Source of the DNA: Candidatus Cloacimonadales bacterium
GTDB taxonomy: Bacteria > Cloacimonadota > Cloacimonadia > Cloacimonadales > JAIOQZ01
Direction: 5' to 3'
DNA length: 64,000 nt
NCBI GenBank assembly: GCA_963674825.1
Contig: OY771587.1
Location: forward strand, 2,432,001-2,496,000
Both the position numbers and the translations under genes were made by a program. The notes below the pieces were generated by a model. It saw nothing but the letters and a program-made list of their open reading frames with translations. It made no database searches and was not told where the DNA came from. Numbering within the stretch: the first letter of the stretch is position 1; each line of letters opens with the position of its first letter. Below, one piece after another: positions 48,657-57,484 of the stretch.

Positions 48657-49154
48657 ATGCAGCGATTGAAAGCGTTCATCCTGCTTTTTCTGTTTCTCTA
48701 TCTTGTGTGGATGCTGCTTACCGATTTCCATTCAGAGCAGGAGTGGATCGCGGGAGGGGTCGTATCGCTTGTATTGGCGGCGATTTTTGCGGCACGTGCA
48801 CAGGCGATCGGCAGGATCCATTTGAATCCCAAAGCGTTGGTTTATGGGATTCTGTATATTTTTGTGTTTGTATGGGAGCTGGTCCGATCGAATCTTGATG
48901 TTGCACACCGCGTGGTGATGCCCTCTCTTCCGATCAATCCCGGTATCGTCAAAGTGAAGACCAAGCTTCAGTCGCCACTTGGACGGACAGTTCTGGCCAA
49001 TTCGATCACGCTGACACCCGGCACGCTGACGGTAGAGGCTAAAGAGGATACGCTATACATCCACTGGATCGACGTAAGTGCTGGAGACATCAATGCCCAC
49101 ACACAGGCAATCGTGTCGAAATTCGAAAAGTACCTGGAGGTGATCTTTGGCTGA
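48657..49154 (+). CDS. mnhE: Na+/H+ antiporter subunit E (MnhE; MbhA/MbxA equivalent)
   Basis: SNLDVA, INPGIVKV, LANSITLTPGT, LYIHWIDV. Confidence 0.93.
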   Translation: MQRLKAFILLFLFLYLVWMLLTDFHSEQEWIAGGVVSLVLAAIFAARAQAIGRIHLNPKALVYGILYIFVFVWELVRSNLDVAHRVVMPSLPINPGIVKVKTKLQSPLGRTVLANSITLTPGTLTVEAKEDTLYIHWIDVSAGDINAHTQAIVSKFEKYLEVIFG

Positions 49155-49407
49155 AATAATATACCAGGTTGCGGCGTTGATCGCGCTGAGCGCACTAGCG
49201 CTGGCGATGATCCGCATGTTCAAAGGGCCCACGATTGCTGACCGCGTTGTGGCGCTCGATGCCATGACCATTATATCCATCTCGCTTCTGGCCTTTATAT
49301 CAGCGAGCGCATTGCGCATCGTTTACCTCGATGTGGCGCTGGTCTATGGGCTGATCAGCTTTGTTGGAGTTGTTGCGGTCGCGAGATATCTCGAGAGGGG
49401 GCTGTGA
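49147..49407 (+). CDS. mnhF: Antiporter subunit F (MnhF; MbxB equivalent)
   Basis: KGPTIADRVVALD...LDVALVYGLISFVG...ARYLE. Confidence 0.92.
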   Translation: MAEIIYQVAALIALSALALAMIRMFKGPTIADRVVALDAMTIISISLLAFISASALRIVYLDVALVYGLISFVGVVAVARYLERGL

Positions 49408-49742
49408 TGGCGATTATTGGCTCATTGATGACCCTATTCGGATCGATTTTCCTGCTTCTGGGAGCGCTTGGGCTGCTGCGTATGCCCGACGTTTATAATC
49501 GGATGCAGGCCGGAACCAAGGCGACGACTTTAGGTAGTATGCTGTTTTTAATCGGACTCAGCCTGGGCCGAGTGGAATGTATCTGCATCGGTCGTATGAT
49601 CCTCCTGATCGTGTTCTTGATCTTTACTAATCCGCTTTCTTCGCACGCGCTGGCACGGGCCGCCCATTACCTGGGCATTCCGCTGACGAAAAAGAGCGTT
49701 CGCGACGAGCTCGCTGAAGACGAGCAGGGAGAGCAGGCATGA
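49404..49742 (+). CDS. mnhG: Antiporter subunit G (MnhG; MbxC equivalent)
   Basis: GLLRMPDVYNRMQAGTKATTLG; TNPLSSHALARAA. Confidence 0.93.
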   Translation: MMAIIGSLMTLFGSIFLLLGALGLLRMPDVYNRMQAGTKATTLGSMLFLIGLSLGRVECICIGRMILLIVFLIFTNPLSSHALARAAHYLGIPLTKKSVRDELAEDEQGEQA

Positions 49743-49999
49743 CGACGATGAATTTGATCCTGTTGGTCGGGCTGGGTGTGTTGATGCTGGCAGCGGCCGT
49801 GTTTGCCGTTATATCAAAGAAAGTGCTCTCCGCAATTATCGCAGCGGGGGTTGTCAGCCTTCTGGCGAGTGTGATCTACCTGCTTCTGGCGTCACCGGAT
49901 GTGGCGATGACAGAAGCGGCCATAGGCAGCGGACTTACGACAGTGGTGTTTCTTTACGCCTACAGTAGAATGAAATCGGACAAGGAGGACAGACGGTGA
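49739..49999 (+). CDS. MbhD/MbxD (DUF4040) membrane subunit
   Basis: SPDVAMTEAAIGSGLTT. Confidence 0.88.
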   Translation: MTTMNLILLVGLGVLMLAAAVFAVISKKVLSAIIAAGVVSLLASVIYLLLASPDVAMTEAAIGSGLTTVVFLYAYSRMKSDKEDRR

Positions 50000-50691
50000 T
50001 AACCCGAATACTCGCATTTTTGGCGGTAATCGGCTTTGCGCTGATGCTGCTTCCATTAATCCATCAGATACTGCCCATGCAGGAACTGACGCCTGTGGCT
50101 GGAAGCTATGTGGCGAAGGGGCCGGACGAACTGGGCACACAGAATATTGTAACGGCTGTGGTGGTTACCTACCGTGGTCTGGATACGTTGGGAGAGGTTA
50201 CGGTGCTTTTCATCGCGACTGCCGGCGTGGGATTCCTCTTGGGTAGACGCAAAGAGAAGAAGCCGAAAAGAAAGTCGTCCGAAATCCTTCAGACGGGTGC
50301 GTCATTTCTGATCGCGCTCATCTTCATGTATGGCGTGTACGTGTTCATGCACGGGCATCTGACGCCGGGTGGCGGATTTCAGGGCGGCGTGGTAATCGCA
50401 ACGGGGATCCTCCTGATCATGCTTGCTGATGTGAACATGAAGTTCAACCACGGTCTGCTCCATTTTGTGGAGTCGATCTCGGGCGTGGGGTACGTGGTTT
50501 TGGGGCTTCTGGGGCTTTTGATGGCTTCCACAACGACCGGACTTGGCGACGGATTCCTCAACAACCGCTTCCTTCCGCTTGGAACATACGGCAGCCTCTT
50601 CAGCGCCGGAGCGATACCGCTTATCTACTCGCTGGTCGGGCTCAAGGTGGGTTCTGAACTCACCGGAATTCTGGACAACATGCAGGAATAG
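49996..50691 (+). CDS. mnhB: MnhB-like subunit (MbhE/F fusion; MbxF equivalent)
   Basis: NIVTAVVVTYRGLDTLGE; HGHLTPGGGFQGG; GLKVGSEL. Confidence 0.9.
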   Translation: MITRILAFLAVIGFALMLLPLIHQILPMQELTPVAGSYVAKGPDELGTQNIVTAVVVTYRGLDTLGEVTVLFIATAGVGFLLGRRKEKKPKRKSSEILQTGASFLIALIFMYGVYVFMHGHLTPGGGFQGGVVIATGILLIMLADVNMKFNHGLLHFVESISGVGYVVLGLLGLLMASTTTGLGDGFLNNRFLPLGTYGSLFSAGAIPLIYSLVGLKVGSELTGILDNMQE

Positions 50692-50700
50692 GATGATCTT

Positions 50701-51054
50701 ATGAATATAACCATACTTTTCGGAGCTATGCTGCTGATCATCGGGATCTGGGCGATGCTTACGCACAAGAACCTGATACGCATGATCATCGGATTCTCGC
50801 TGATGGACACCGGCATCCATGTAATCATGGTATCGGTAGGCTACATTGGTGGCAGGACAGCGCCCATTATCGACAAAGCGGTCAGCAAGGCCAATGCGCT
50901 TCACGAGGTGGTCGATCCCATCCCGTCAGCGCTGGTTCTCACCGCGATCGTTATCGGCCTGGCCGTGACGGCGCTAATGCTATCCTACGCCGTTCGCATG
51001 TATCAAAAAGGAAAATCACTCTCCATAGACGATTATCAGGAGACAAGATGGTGA
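50701..51054 (+). CDS. mnhC: MnhC/NuoK-like subunit (MbxG equivalent)
   Basis: NLIRMIIG; DPIPSALVLTAIVIGLA. Confidence 0.92.
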   Translation: MNITILFGAMLLIIGIWAMLTHKNLIRMIIGFSLMDTGIHVIMVSVGYIGGRTAPIIDKAVSKANALHEVVDPIPSALVLTAIVIGLAVTALMLSYAVRMYQKGKSLSIDDYQETRW

Positions 51055-54000
51055 ATCCCATATACATATTCGTAATTGCATTGGGTGGCGCATTCCTGAT
51101 CGGACCGGCTGATCGTCTGGGCAAGCAAGCGTCGGTCTGGCTGACAACCTTGATCCTGGCGCTCATGACCTGGATTGCCGGATCGTGGTTCTTCGCGATT
51201 TCCGGTGGTGCCGAATCCCAGCAAATATTTACCGCCGGGCTACGTCCACCCGTATCTATCAACCTATTTATGGGCTACAAAGAGGCTCTGATTCTGTTTC
51301 TATCCAACGCTGCCGGTCTCCTGGGCGTTTTTGCGCTGCGTAAGCGGTTCAATGAGCTGCCTGCCTACGCGATGATGCTCTATGTGGCGATGCTCGCCGG
51401 TGTGAACGGTATCGTGATGACGCGCGACCTCTTCAACCTGTTCGTGTTCATCGAGATCAACTCGATCGCGACCTATGCTTTGATCGCGCTGGAGCCAAGC
51501 CGCAAAGCGCTCTCTGCCGGATTCAAGTATATGATTGCCGGTGGAATCGCTTCCATCCTCTTCCTGCTTGGTACGGTGTACATCTATCGCTTGAGTGGTA
51601 CGCTGAATATCGACCAGCTCTCCGGGATGAACATCGCGCTTCTTGGAAAGGCTGGTTGGCTGGCGATTTTCATGCTACTGATGTCGATTCTGATCGAACT
51701 GAAGCCTTTCCCCGCTAACGGGTGGGCGCTGGATGTCTATCAGAGCGCGCATGGTGGTGTATTAGCGCTGATCTCGTCCGCAAACGCGGGTGCAATGTTC
51801 TACGCGCTCTACAAGCTTATGCCCGTGATTGGCGATGGCTTTCTGAATCTGATTGCGGTCGTGGGATTGGTGACGTTCTTTTTCTCGAATTTGTTGGGAA
51901 CGCGACAATTCAATTTCAAGCGATTGCTAGGCTATAGCTCCGTGGGGCAGATTGGCCTTATGATGGGCGTTTATGCTCTGATGACCAGACTCGGTTACGA
52001 TGAGGGCTTGATCCTGATCATCACGGGTGCGATCTTCATCAACCACTTCCTGGCAAAGGCCGGACTATTCTGGCTTTCCGAGACAATCGAGGGTGAGAAT
52101 CTCTCCGATTGGAGTGCCATCCGGGAGCGTCCCGAGAAGTTGTTTGGCTTTGGTGCGCTGCTCATCGCGCTGGCCGGTTTTCCGCCGTTCCCCACATTCT
52201 GGGCGAAGTGGAACCTTGTGCTGCGCCTGATGGACAGTGGCTCCTATGTAGCGCTGGTGGCGATTCTGCTCGGGTCGCTGTTCGAGATCTTCATGTTGTT
52301 GCGGTGGTTTGGACTTGCACTCAAGATCGATACTGCAAAACAGGCGGAGGATAACCACGGACTTGAAATCCCTGCCCGGCTCTTCATGCTAGCGCTGGTG
52401 GTTGTGGGACTTCGTGCGAGTTGCTACTTCATCCACGGTAATTTCGTGATCGACACCATCGCGCTTCCGTCTTGCGTGCCAGTGATGGCTCCACTGGTGG
52501 TGGGTGCGTTCCTCTATCTGGTCGATTGGTTGCCAATGAAGATGAAGGCAGGCCTGACGATTGTCCTGACGGGAATATACTTCTATTTTGTGCTCCCCGC
52601 GATCCAGCCGCTTCCGATGCTATTCGCGGCGATCTTCGCGCTGGGTGGCATGCTGATAACCTTTGCGAGTATGAATCGCGAGATCAATTCGCGCGGTTTC
52701 TACCCACTTCTCATCATGATGATCACCTCGCTGATCAACCTCACGATTTCCGAATCCACGTTGGAGTTCTTCACCGCGTGGGAGTTTATGACGCTGAGCT
52801 CGTATCTGCTACTGATTCGCGGCAAGAATGCAGGTGAACACGCGCTTCGCTACGTGATGTTTTCCATGGGAGCCGCGTTCCTCATCATGAGCGGTTTTGC
52901 CGTGATGTACTCGACGACGGGCGTTACCGACTTCTACAGTCTGTTGCTTGGTCGCTATGGTTTCAGTTGGGGCTTTGTCCTGGTTGGACTCGGCATGTTG
53001 ATCAAGATGGGCGGCATAGGATTCCACGTGTGGTTACCGGGTGCTTACGCGGAAGCCGAGGACGATATTTCGACATTCTTTTCCGCGATCCTCAGCAAGG
53101 CCGCGGTTTACGGTCTTATGCTGGTGGCGCTTATCTACACGATCAACTACCACGGTGGATTCGACTTCCGCAATGTTCTGGGATGGCTGGGTGTGCTGAC
53201 GGCTGTTTTCGGCGCGCTGATGGCAGTTTTCCAGGAAGATATCAAGCGACTATTGGCCTACTCGAGCATGAGCCAGTTGGGATACATCGTACTGGCGCTG
53301 GCGATGGCGGATCATCTGGGCTGGGTGACGGCACTTTACATAACCGTATTGCACGTGATGTTCAAAGGGATGCTCTTCCTTGCGGTTGCCGGTATCGTGC
53401 AGGCAACAGGTACGCACCTTATGTACCGCATGGGCGGACTGATCAAGAAAATGCCGCTGAGCTTCATTTCGGTGCTGATCGCGATTATTGCTGTCTCGGG
53501 CGTACCGCCGTTGGCTGGATTCGGGGCCAAGTGGATGCTCTATACGAGTCTGATCCAGAAGGGATGGTATCTGCAAGCGGGTGTTGCGTTCTTCTCGAGC
53601 GCGATCGCGTTCCTGTACCTATTCCGGCTGATCCACAGCATGTTCCTGGGGCAGCTCAAGTATGAGAACCGCGAGGTGAAAGAAGCTTCTCCGTGGTTGA
53701 TCGCACCGCAGTTTGTGCTGCTGATGGCAATCATGGCGGTCTCGACGTTCCCGTCGCTCCTGCTCAAGCCGCTGAGCGCGATGCTTCCTGAGTCGATTCC
53801 GGGAACGATCGTCTGGCAGGGCGGCACGATGCTCTCGAGCCTGGGCTACTGGAATGGAACGCTGGTCATGTGGGTGACGATGGGTGTGTTTGGCCTGGTG
53901 CTGCTGTGGCTGATCCTCTGGCTACGAAATGTGAAGAAAGTCGGACAATTTAACATCGTGTATTCTGCCGAGAAGCCCATGCTTCCCGAGACGACCCACT

Positions 54001-54209
54001 ATGCATATAACTTCTTCCCCTTCTATCAGAAGGCGTTGGGTGGACTGGTCAAGCCGCGTGCGACATCGTTCTGGAATGGTGTGACGGAGTGGACGGCGTC
54101 GACAGCCGGCGTGATTCGTCAGCTTTACACCGGTAACGCACAGACGTACGCGATGCAGATATTCCTCTATATTATCGTACTTTATCTCGTGTTTGGAGTT
54201 GGATTATGA
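51048..54209 (+). CDS. Tandem fusion of two MnhD/NuoL-M-N-type proton-translocating modules (MbxH + MbxH')
   Basis: Two antiporter cores: DLFNLFVFIEI...KRLLGYSSVGQIG and EFFTAWEFMT...HVWLPGAY...KRLLAYSSMSQLG...GVPPLAGFGAKW. Confidence 0.9.
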   Translation: MVNPIYIFVIALGGAFLIGPADRLGKQASVWLTTLILALMTWIAGSWFFAISGGAESQQIFTAGLRPPVSINLFMGYKEALILFLSNAAGLLGVFALRKRFNELPAYAMMLYVAMLAGVNGIVMTRDLFNLFVFIEINSIATYALIALEPSRKALSAGFKYMIAGGIASILFLLGTVYIYRLSGTLNIDQLSGMNIALLGKAGWLAIFMLLMSILIELKPFPANGWALDVYQSAHGGVLALISSANAGAMFYALYKLMPVIGDGFLNLIAVVGLVTFFFSNLLGTRQFNFKRLLGYSSVGQIGLMMGVYALMTRLGYDEGLILIITGAIFINHFLAKAGLFWLSETIEGENLSDWSAIRERPEKLFGFGALLIALAGFPPFPTFWAKWNLVLRLMDSGSYVALVAILLGSLFEIFMLLRWFGLALKIDTAKQAEDNHGLEIPARLFMLALVVVGLRASCYFIHGNFVIDTIALPSCVPVMAPLVVGAFLYLVDWLPMKMKAGLTIVLTGIYFYFVLPAIQPLPMLFAAIFALGGMLITFASMNREINSRGFYPLLIMMITSLINLTISESTLEFFTAWEFMTLSSYLLLIRGKNAGEHALRYVMFSMGAAFLIMSGFAVMYSTTGVTDFYSLLLGRYGFSWGFVLVGLGMLIKMGGIGFHVWLPGAYAEAEDDISTFFSAILSKAAVYGLMLVALIYTINYHGGFDFRNVLGWLGVLTAVFGALMAVFQEDIKRLLAYSSMSQLGYIVLALAMADHLGWVTALYITVLHVMFKGMLFLAVAGIVQATGTHLMYRMGGLIKKMPLSFISVLIAIIAVSGVPPLAGFGAKWMLYTSLIQKGWYLQAGVAFFSSAIAFLYLFRLIHSMFLGQLKYENREVKEASPWLIAPQFVLLMAIMAVSTFPSLLLKPLSAMLPESIPGTIVWQGGTMLSSLGYWNGTLVMWVTMGVFGLVLLWLILWLRNVKKVGQFNIVYSAEKPMLPETTHYAYNFFPFYQKALGGLVKPRATSFWNGVTEWTASTAGVIRQLYTGNAQTYAMQIFLYIIVLYLVFGVGL

Positions 54210-55153
54210 GTCATGTTCTGATCCTTATTGGCAATGCCCTTCTAACCCTGTTTGTCGTGATGAACTGGGGCCTGATCATGGGCGGTATGGTGCGCAAGAT
54301 CGTCGGTCGAGTGCACGGTAGATACGGCCCACCCATCTGGCAGCCGTACATCGATATTATCAAGACGCTCGGAAAACGTACCAGCGTGATCCACGGCGTG
54401 ATGTTTTTCCTTGGACCGGTCTTCCGTCTGGCCGGCGGTATCGGAACGCTGATGTTTATTCCGGTACTGTTCCATTCATCGGTATTTGCGAACTTTAGCT
54501 TTTCTGGCGACCTTCTACTGGTGATGTATTTCATTTTCTTCGGTCAGCTCGGAATGGCGCTGGGAGCTGGCGAAAGTGGGCACCCATACAGCGCGATGGC
54601 CGTGGGAAGAGGTCTGGCGCAGATGACCGCATTCGAAGTGCCATTTGCACTTTCAGTGATCTCGCTGGCCATCCAGTACAAGACGCTTTCCGTGACCGGT
54701 ATCGTGGCAGCGCAGCAGGGTGGATTGCTCCACTGGACGCTGTTTACCAACCCGGTTGCGACCATCACCGCGATCATTGCCATGCTGGGGATGAATATGC
54801 ATTCCCCGTTCGATATCGTGCTTGCACCGCAAGAGATTCCCATCGGGCCGCCGACGGAGTTCCAGAGCAGTTTCCTGGGCCTTTTGCAGACCAACCGTGC
54901 TATTTTCACAGGCGCGAAACTGGTGCTGTTCATGAACCTCTATCTGGGTGGTTCGTCGATCGGAAACGGTGGCTTCGCAGGCTATGCGATGGCGATTATC
55001 ACCATGATGGCGAAGACGTTCGGGCTGTATATGATCTCGGTGTTTGTCGGCGTGGCATACCCGAGGTTCCGCACCGAGCAATCGATCCGGTTCTTCCTCG
55101 GCGTGCCGACCGTATTGGGCATTCTCGCCATACTGATTTTCTGGATCTGGTAG
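54206..55153 (+). CDS. nuoH: NuoH-like membrane anchor (MbxM equivalent)
   Basis: RKIVGRVHGRYGPPIWQPYIDIIK; PFD...EIPIGPPTEF; YPRFRTEQ. Confidence 0.9.
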   Translation: MSHVLILIGNALLTLFVVMNWGLIMGGMVRKIVGRVHGRYGPPIWQPYIDIIKTLGKRTSVIHGVMFFLGPVFRLAGGIGTLMFIPVLFHSSVFANFSFSGDLLLVMYFIFFGQLGMALGAGESGHPYSAMAVGRGLAQMTAFEVPFALSVISLAIQYKTLSVTGIVAAQQGGLLHWTLFTNPVATITAIIAMLGMNMHSPFDIVLAPQEIPIGPPTEFQSSFLGLLQTNRAIFTGAKLVLFMNLYLGGSSIGNGGFAGYAMAIITMMAKTFGLYMISVFVGVAYPRFRTEQSIRFFLGVPTVLGILAILIFWIW

Positions 55154-55162
55154 GAGTATAAC

Positions 55163-55804
55163 ATGGACGAAGAAATCAAGAAACCTTACGAAGAAATGGA
55201 CATAGACGAGCTGATCAAATCACAGCCGACAGATCCGGTGCTGTACTGTCAGGATTTACCCAAACCGAGTAAACCGCTGGGCATATATATGGAGAAGTTT
55301 CTCAACTGGGCGCGCGCGAATTCGCTGTGGTTCCTGGGATTTGGAACCGGTTGCGGCGCGGTGGAGCTGCGTCCGCTGATGACAGCACGTTTCGATGTGT
55401 ATCGCTACGGAATCGCCGGAAGACCTACGCCAAGGCAGTCGTCGGTATTCGTCATCGGCGGGTACGCTTCGGTGAAGACGATCAAGCGCATTGTGCGTAG
55501 CTACGAGCAGATGCAGGGGCCCAAGTTCGTGATCGGACTAGGAAGCTGCACGATTAACGGCGGTATGTATTGGGACAGCTACAACACCATCAACCGCCTG
55601 GATCACTATATCCCGGTGGATGTATATATCGCGGGATGTATGCCACGTCCTGAAGCGCTTATCGCGGGATTCGAGAAGCTCAAGCAACTGATAAAAGAAG
55701 GGAAGGCTGAAGGCGCGAACCATTACGCCGAGAACTTCGAGTGGTACAAAGCGAATCAGAAGAAAATCATAAAAGACTGGAATATGCCAGACTACAATTG
55801 GTAA
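55163..55804 (+). CDS. nuoB: NuoB-like Fe-S small subunit (MbxJ equivalent)
   Basis: WARANSLW..FGTGCGAVE; GSCTINGGMYWDSY; VDVYIAGCMPRPEA. Confidence 0.9.
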   Translation: MDEEIKKPYEEMDIDELIKSQPTDPVLYCQDLPKPSKPLGIYMEKFLNWARANSLWFLGFGTGCGAVELRPLMTARFDVYRYGIAGRPTPRQSSVFVIGGYASVKTIKRIVRSYEQMQGPKFVIGLGSCTINGGMYWDSYNTINRLDHYIPVDVYIAGCMPRPEALIAGFEKLKQLIKEGKAEGANHYAENFEWYKANQKKIIKDWNMPDYNW

Positions 55805-55809
55805 AGACT

Positions 55810-56340
55810 ATGCAAAGATTGATTGAAGAGATTTCTCAGCGCTATCCGGTAACCGATTCGAAGGTATCGCGTCCGGATCAGTCGTGGATCACCGTTCCGA
55901 AGGAGAAGCTGGTGGATATCCTGACGTGGCTCAAGAGCCAGAAGGAATTTACGCACCTTGCATTTTTCACCGTGGTGGACTACCTCGAGCAGGGCAAATT
56001 CCAGCTAACCTACATGCTTCACAACTACAAGACCCACAAAGACCTGGGTGTGCGGGTGCTAATCGACCGCGAGAACGCGACGATGGAATCGATCCATCAC
56101 CTATGGGAGCACGCCCATACGTTCCAGCGCGAATGGCGGGAGATGTTCGGGATCGATTTCCCGGGCAGTCCGCGTGTGCATGAACCGATGATTTTGGAAG
56201 GATGGGACGGACCACCGCCTTATCGCAGAGACTTCGACACGAAGAAGTACTCGGAAGAGACCTACTTTCCGCGTCCTGGCCGGGAAACGCACGATCCGCG
56301 CGAGCACATGAAAAAGAAGCTTTATCCGGAGGAATCATGA
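55810..56340 (+). CDS. nuoC: NuoC-like subunit (MbxK equivalent)
   Basis: REWREMFGIDFPG..PMILEGW..PPYRRDF. Start set at ATG 55810, 5 nt after the nuoB stop. Confidence 0.88.
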   Translation: MQRLIEEISQRYPVTDSKVSRPDQSWITVPKEKLVDILTWLKSQKEFTHLAFFTVVDYLEQGKFQLTYMLHNYKTHKDLGVRVLIDRENATMESIHHLWEHAHTFQREWREMFGIDFPGSPRVHEPMILEGWDGPPPYRRDFDTKKYSEETYFPRPGRETHDPREHMKKKLYPEES

Positions 56341-57473
56341 TCAGGCCGAAACAGGATATCGATCTCAGGTCTGGAAAATACCTGAAGATCTGGCAAGGAC
56401 CGAATCATCCGGGTATCACCGGTAACATGTCGCTTGAACTGACGGTTTGCGGTGACGAGATTGTGGAAGCGACCACGCATGTGGGCTATCTGCATCGCGG
56501 ATTCGAAAAGCTCATGGAACGCAGAACGTACATCCAGTGCTTTCCGATCGTGTGTCGTATCGCGGTTCCGGAGCCCGATTACAACGAGTATTGCTTCACC
56601 GCCGCAACGGAAGAATTGGGCGGTATCGAAATCCCCGAGAGGGCTGTCTGGCTTCGTATGCTGATTCTGGAGATGTCGCGTCTGGCGAGTTTCCTGATGT
56701 GGATCGGCGGTCAGGCAGGAGCTTTCGGAATGGGAACGATCGGGCAGTGGGCGGTTGCACATCGCGACTTCATGCTGGATCTCTTCGAAGAGCTGACAGG
56801 TGGCCGCGTGTACCATATGTACATTATTCCCGGTGGCGTTCGCGGACCGCTTCCCGAAGGGTTCGAAGGGCGCGCTCGCAAGGTGCTGGACAAGGTGGAA
56901 AAGCTTCTCGCCGAGATCGAGATCGTAATGTTCCACAGCGTTGTTTTCAAGATGCGCGCGAAGGATTTAGGCATCATTACGCAGGACATGGTCGATCAAT
57001 ATGGGCTTGTCGGCCCTAACGCCCGTGCTACGGGCCTGGCGCGTGATATTCGCAAGGATCAACCGTACCTGTACTACGACCAGCTTGATTTCGAGGTGGT
57101 GACCGATACCAAGTCGGATGCCTACAACCGTGCGTATCTGCGTTGGCGCGAGATGCATCAGGCAGTCGGATTGATTCGCCAGATTCTGGATCGGATACCT
57201 GATAAGGGTGACTTCCACGTGAAGGTTCCGAACGTGCTGCACTGGAAGATTCCGGCAGGTGAGGCATACGTCAAGGCTGAGAGCACGCGCGGCGAATATG
57301 GATTCTACATTGCCGCCGACGGAACGGAGTACCCCAGACGCGTCTATGTGCGCGGACCAAGCTATTCAACGGCGATACCCTTCATGGAAGACCTTCTGCG
57401 GGGTGTCAACATTGCGGATGTGGCGGGACTGAACGTATCGCTGCACACCTATCCGCCCGAAATAGAACGATAA
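56337..57473 (+). CDS. nuoD: NuoD-like large subunit (MbxL equivalent) lacking NiFe ligands
   Basis: GPNHPGITGNM; GYLHRGFEKLME; RIAVPEPD; ESTRGEYG; RGPS; ends HTYPPEIER. Start at ATG 56337 overlaps the nuoC stop (ATGA) behind GGAGGA. Confidence 0.9.
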   Translation: MIRPKQDIDLRSGKYLKIWQGPNHPGITGNMSLELTVCGDEIVEATTHVGYLHRGFEKLMERRTYIQCFPIVCRIAVPEPDYNEYCFTAATEELGGIEIPERAVWLRMLILEMSRLASFLMWIGGQAGAFGMGTIGQWAVAHRDFMLDLFEELTGGRVYHMYIIPGGVRGPLPEGFEGRARKVLDKVEKLLAEIEIVMFHSVVFKMRAKDLGIITQDMVDQYGLVGPNARATGLARDIRKDQPYLYYDQLDFEVVTDTKSDAYNRAYLRWREMHQAVGLIRQILDRIPDKGDFHVKVPNVLHWKIPAGEAYVKAESTRGEYGFYIAADGTEYPRRVYVRGPSYSTAIPFMEDLLRGVNIADVAGLNVSLHTYPPEIER

Positions 57474-57484
57474 CGGGAGTCGAA

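Noticed and set aside
55741..56336. Long N-terminal extensions of the NuoC-like (55741) and NuoD-like (56202) ORFs
   Set aside because: They overlap the upstream genes; internal ATGs at 55810 and 56337 fit operon coupling and family lengths.
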